From: Hemiscyllium ocellatum
Taxonomy: Eukaryota
Assembly: GCF_020745735.1 (NCBI RefSeq)
Contig: NC_083445.1
Coordinates: forward strand, 8,866,001-8,930,000
Direction: 5' to 3'
DNA length: 64,000 nt
Positions 62,400-64,000 of this stretch are shown in pieces. A program made the translations under genes and the position numbers. The notes beneath the pieces were generated by a model, which ran no database searches, had not been told where the DNA came from, and worked only from the letters and a program-made list of their open reading frames with translations. How positions within the stretch are numbered: position 1 is the stretch's first letter; each line of letters begins with the position of its first letter.

Positions 62400-63492
62400 A
62401 ATTCCAATACTGAACAACCTAGATGGCCCCCTTCTTCAAAGACCGCAATTTCCCCTCAGACATGGTTGACGATGCTCTCCACCGCATCTCCTCCACTTCC
62501 CGCTCCTCCGCCCTTGAACCCCGCCCCTCCAATCGGCACCAGGACAGAACCCCACTGGTCCTCACCACCACCCCACCAACCTCCAGCTACATCATATCAT
62601 CCTTCTTCATTTCCGCCACTCCAAACAGACCCCACCACCAAGGATATATTTCCCTCCCCACCCCTATCAGCGTTCCGGAAAGACCACTCCCTCCACGACT
62701 CCCTCGTCAGATCCATACCCCCCACTAACCCAACCTCCATTCCCGGCACCTTCCCCTGCAACCGCAAGAAATGCAAAACTTGCGCCCTCACCTCCCCCTC
62801 ACTTCCCTCCAAGGCACCAAGGGATCTTTCCATATCCGTCAGAAATTCACCTGCACCTCCACCTCCACACACATCATTTACTGCATCCACTGCACCCGAT
62901 GTGGCCTCCTATACATTGGGGAGACAGGCCGCCTACTTGCAGAACATTTCAGAGAACACCTCTGGGACACCCGCACTAACCAACCCAATCGGCCTGTGGC
63001 TGAACACTTTAACTCCCCCTCCCACTCCATGTCCTTGGCCTCCTCCATCGCCAGACCATGGCAACACGACGCCTGGAGGAAGAGCACCTCATCTTCCGCC
63101 TAGAAACCCTCTAACCTCAAGGGATGAATGCAGATTTCTCCAACTTTGTCATTTCCCCTCCCCCCATCTTTTCTCAGTCCTAACCCTCAGACTCAGCACC
63201 GCTTTCTTGTCCTGCAATCTTCTTCCCAACATCTCCACCCCCAACCCCTCTCCGGCCTATCACCCTCACCTTAACCTCCTTCCACCTATCATATTCCCAA
63301 CGCCCCTCCCCCAAGTCCCTCCTCCCTACCTTTTATCTTAGCCTGCTTGGCACACCCTCCTCATTCCTAAAGAAGGGCTTATGCCCGAAACGTCGATTCT
63401 CCTGTTCCTTTGATGCTGCCTGACCTGCTGCGCTTTTCCAGCAACACAATTTTAAGCTCTGATCTCCAGCATCTGCAGTCCTCACTTTCTCT
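62400..63492 (+). mobile_element. Penelope-like retroelement 3' fragment (GIY-YIG endonuclease plus terminal repeat)
   Basis: HIIYCIHCTRCGLLYIGETGRLLAEHFREHL...VAEHFN; terminal ctaaagaagggcttatgcccgaaacgtcg hammerhead-like motif. Confidence 0.92.
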
Positions 63493-63639
63493 TAGTTACC
63501 ATTAAGTGCTCTACTTAGCTTCTTCTCTCTGCATGCATGTGATGACCCTCAGGTTAAACCATCACCAGTCATCGCTGTCTTTCTAAGAGAGCAACCCTAT
63601 TGTTTACTAGGACTATTGTAATATTTGCAGTTTATTATA

Positions 63640-64000
63640 AAGGATCCTCACCAACTTTAACAAATACAGCATAGAAAGCATTCTATTCAGATGCATTTTT
63701 GCCCAAGACCATAAGAAACTACAGAGGGTGTGCGCACAACCTAGACTATCATGGAAGCCAAACTTCCATCCATGGACTCTATTTATACTTCTTGCTGCAG
63801 TGGAAAGGCTGCCAACATAAAAGAAAACTTCTCCCACTCCTGTATCTTCTGCCTGGCGGGAGAGGTTGTAGGAGAGCATTACTGAAGTTTTAACACACAC
63901 ATCAACAGGTTGAAGAACAGCTTCTTCTCTGTTGTTACTAGACTGATGAATGGAGACTCTAACTTCAAATAATGTTGATTTTGTTAATAATGATCTTGCT
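63640..64000 (+). mobile_element. Rex1/Babar-type LINE fragment
   Basis: Similar to 11600-11970 (ctcaccaac..atagaaagcattct, aacagcttcttc..ctgtt.ttagactg). Confidence 0.72.

Noticed and set aside
62466-63341. 291-aa Pro-rich ORF, and the 224-aa ORF at 37212-37886
   Set aside because: Frameshifted read-through of C-rich Penelope fragments, not host genes.
1-64000. CRISPR arrays, rRNA genes, operons or snoRNA genes
   Set aside because: Vertebrate intron-exon DNA; no regularly spaced repeats or convincing RNA-gene motifs seen.

Overview
Vertebrate (eukaryotic) genomic DNA, almost certainly from a shark. This is inferred from HE1-type V-SINEs paired with HER1/CR1 LINE tails, DeuSINE relics and abundant Penelope-derived repeats; the species cannot be fixed from sequence alone. 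It contains three complete spliced genes, assembled by hand with GT-AG junctions and consistent phases. (1) GET3/ASNA1, minus strand, 7 coding exons, 17037->4917, 344 aa. (2) TRIR/C19orf43, plus strand, 3 coding exons, 17764->28319, 153 aa, head-to-head with GET3 across a ~0.7 kb CpG-island promoter as in human 19p13. (3) An RNF11-like RING-H2 gene, minus strand, 3 coding exons, 61445->44589, 170 aa. The rest is mostly repeats: CR1/L2-type and Rex1-type LINE fragments, SINEs, a truncated Ty3/Gypsy element with an intact 3' LTR, a solo LTR, a pogo/Tigger-like MITE and many Penelope-like fragments. The most notable observations are these. The RNF11-like gene sits in 19p13-type synteny (a candidate ohnolog missing from mammals), has lost the PPxY WW-binding motif (PPPPY -> PPSPLY) and carries an ATF4-like uORF/overlapping-ORF leader. 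Several Penelope-derived families scatter minimal hammerhead-ribozyme motifs and long inverted hairpins through the introns. Most short ORFs in the supplied track are spurious or repeat-derived.
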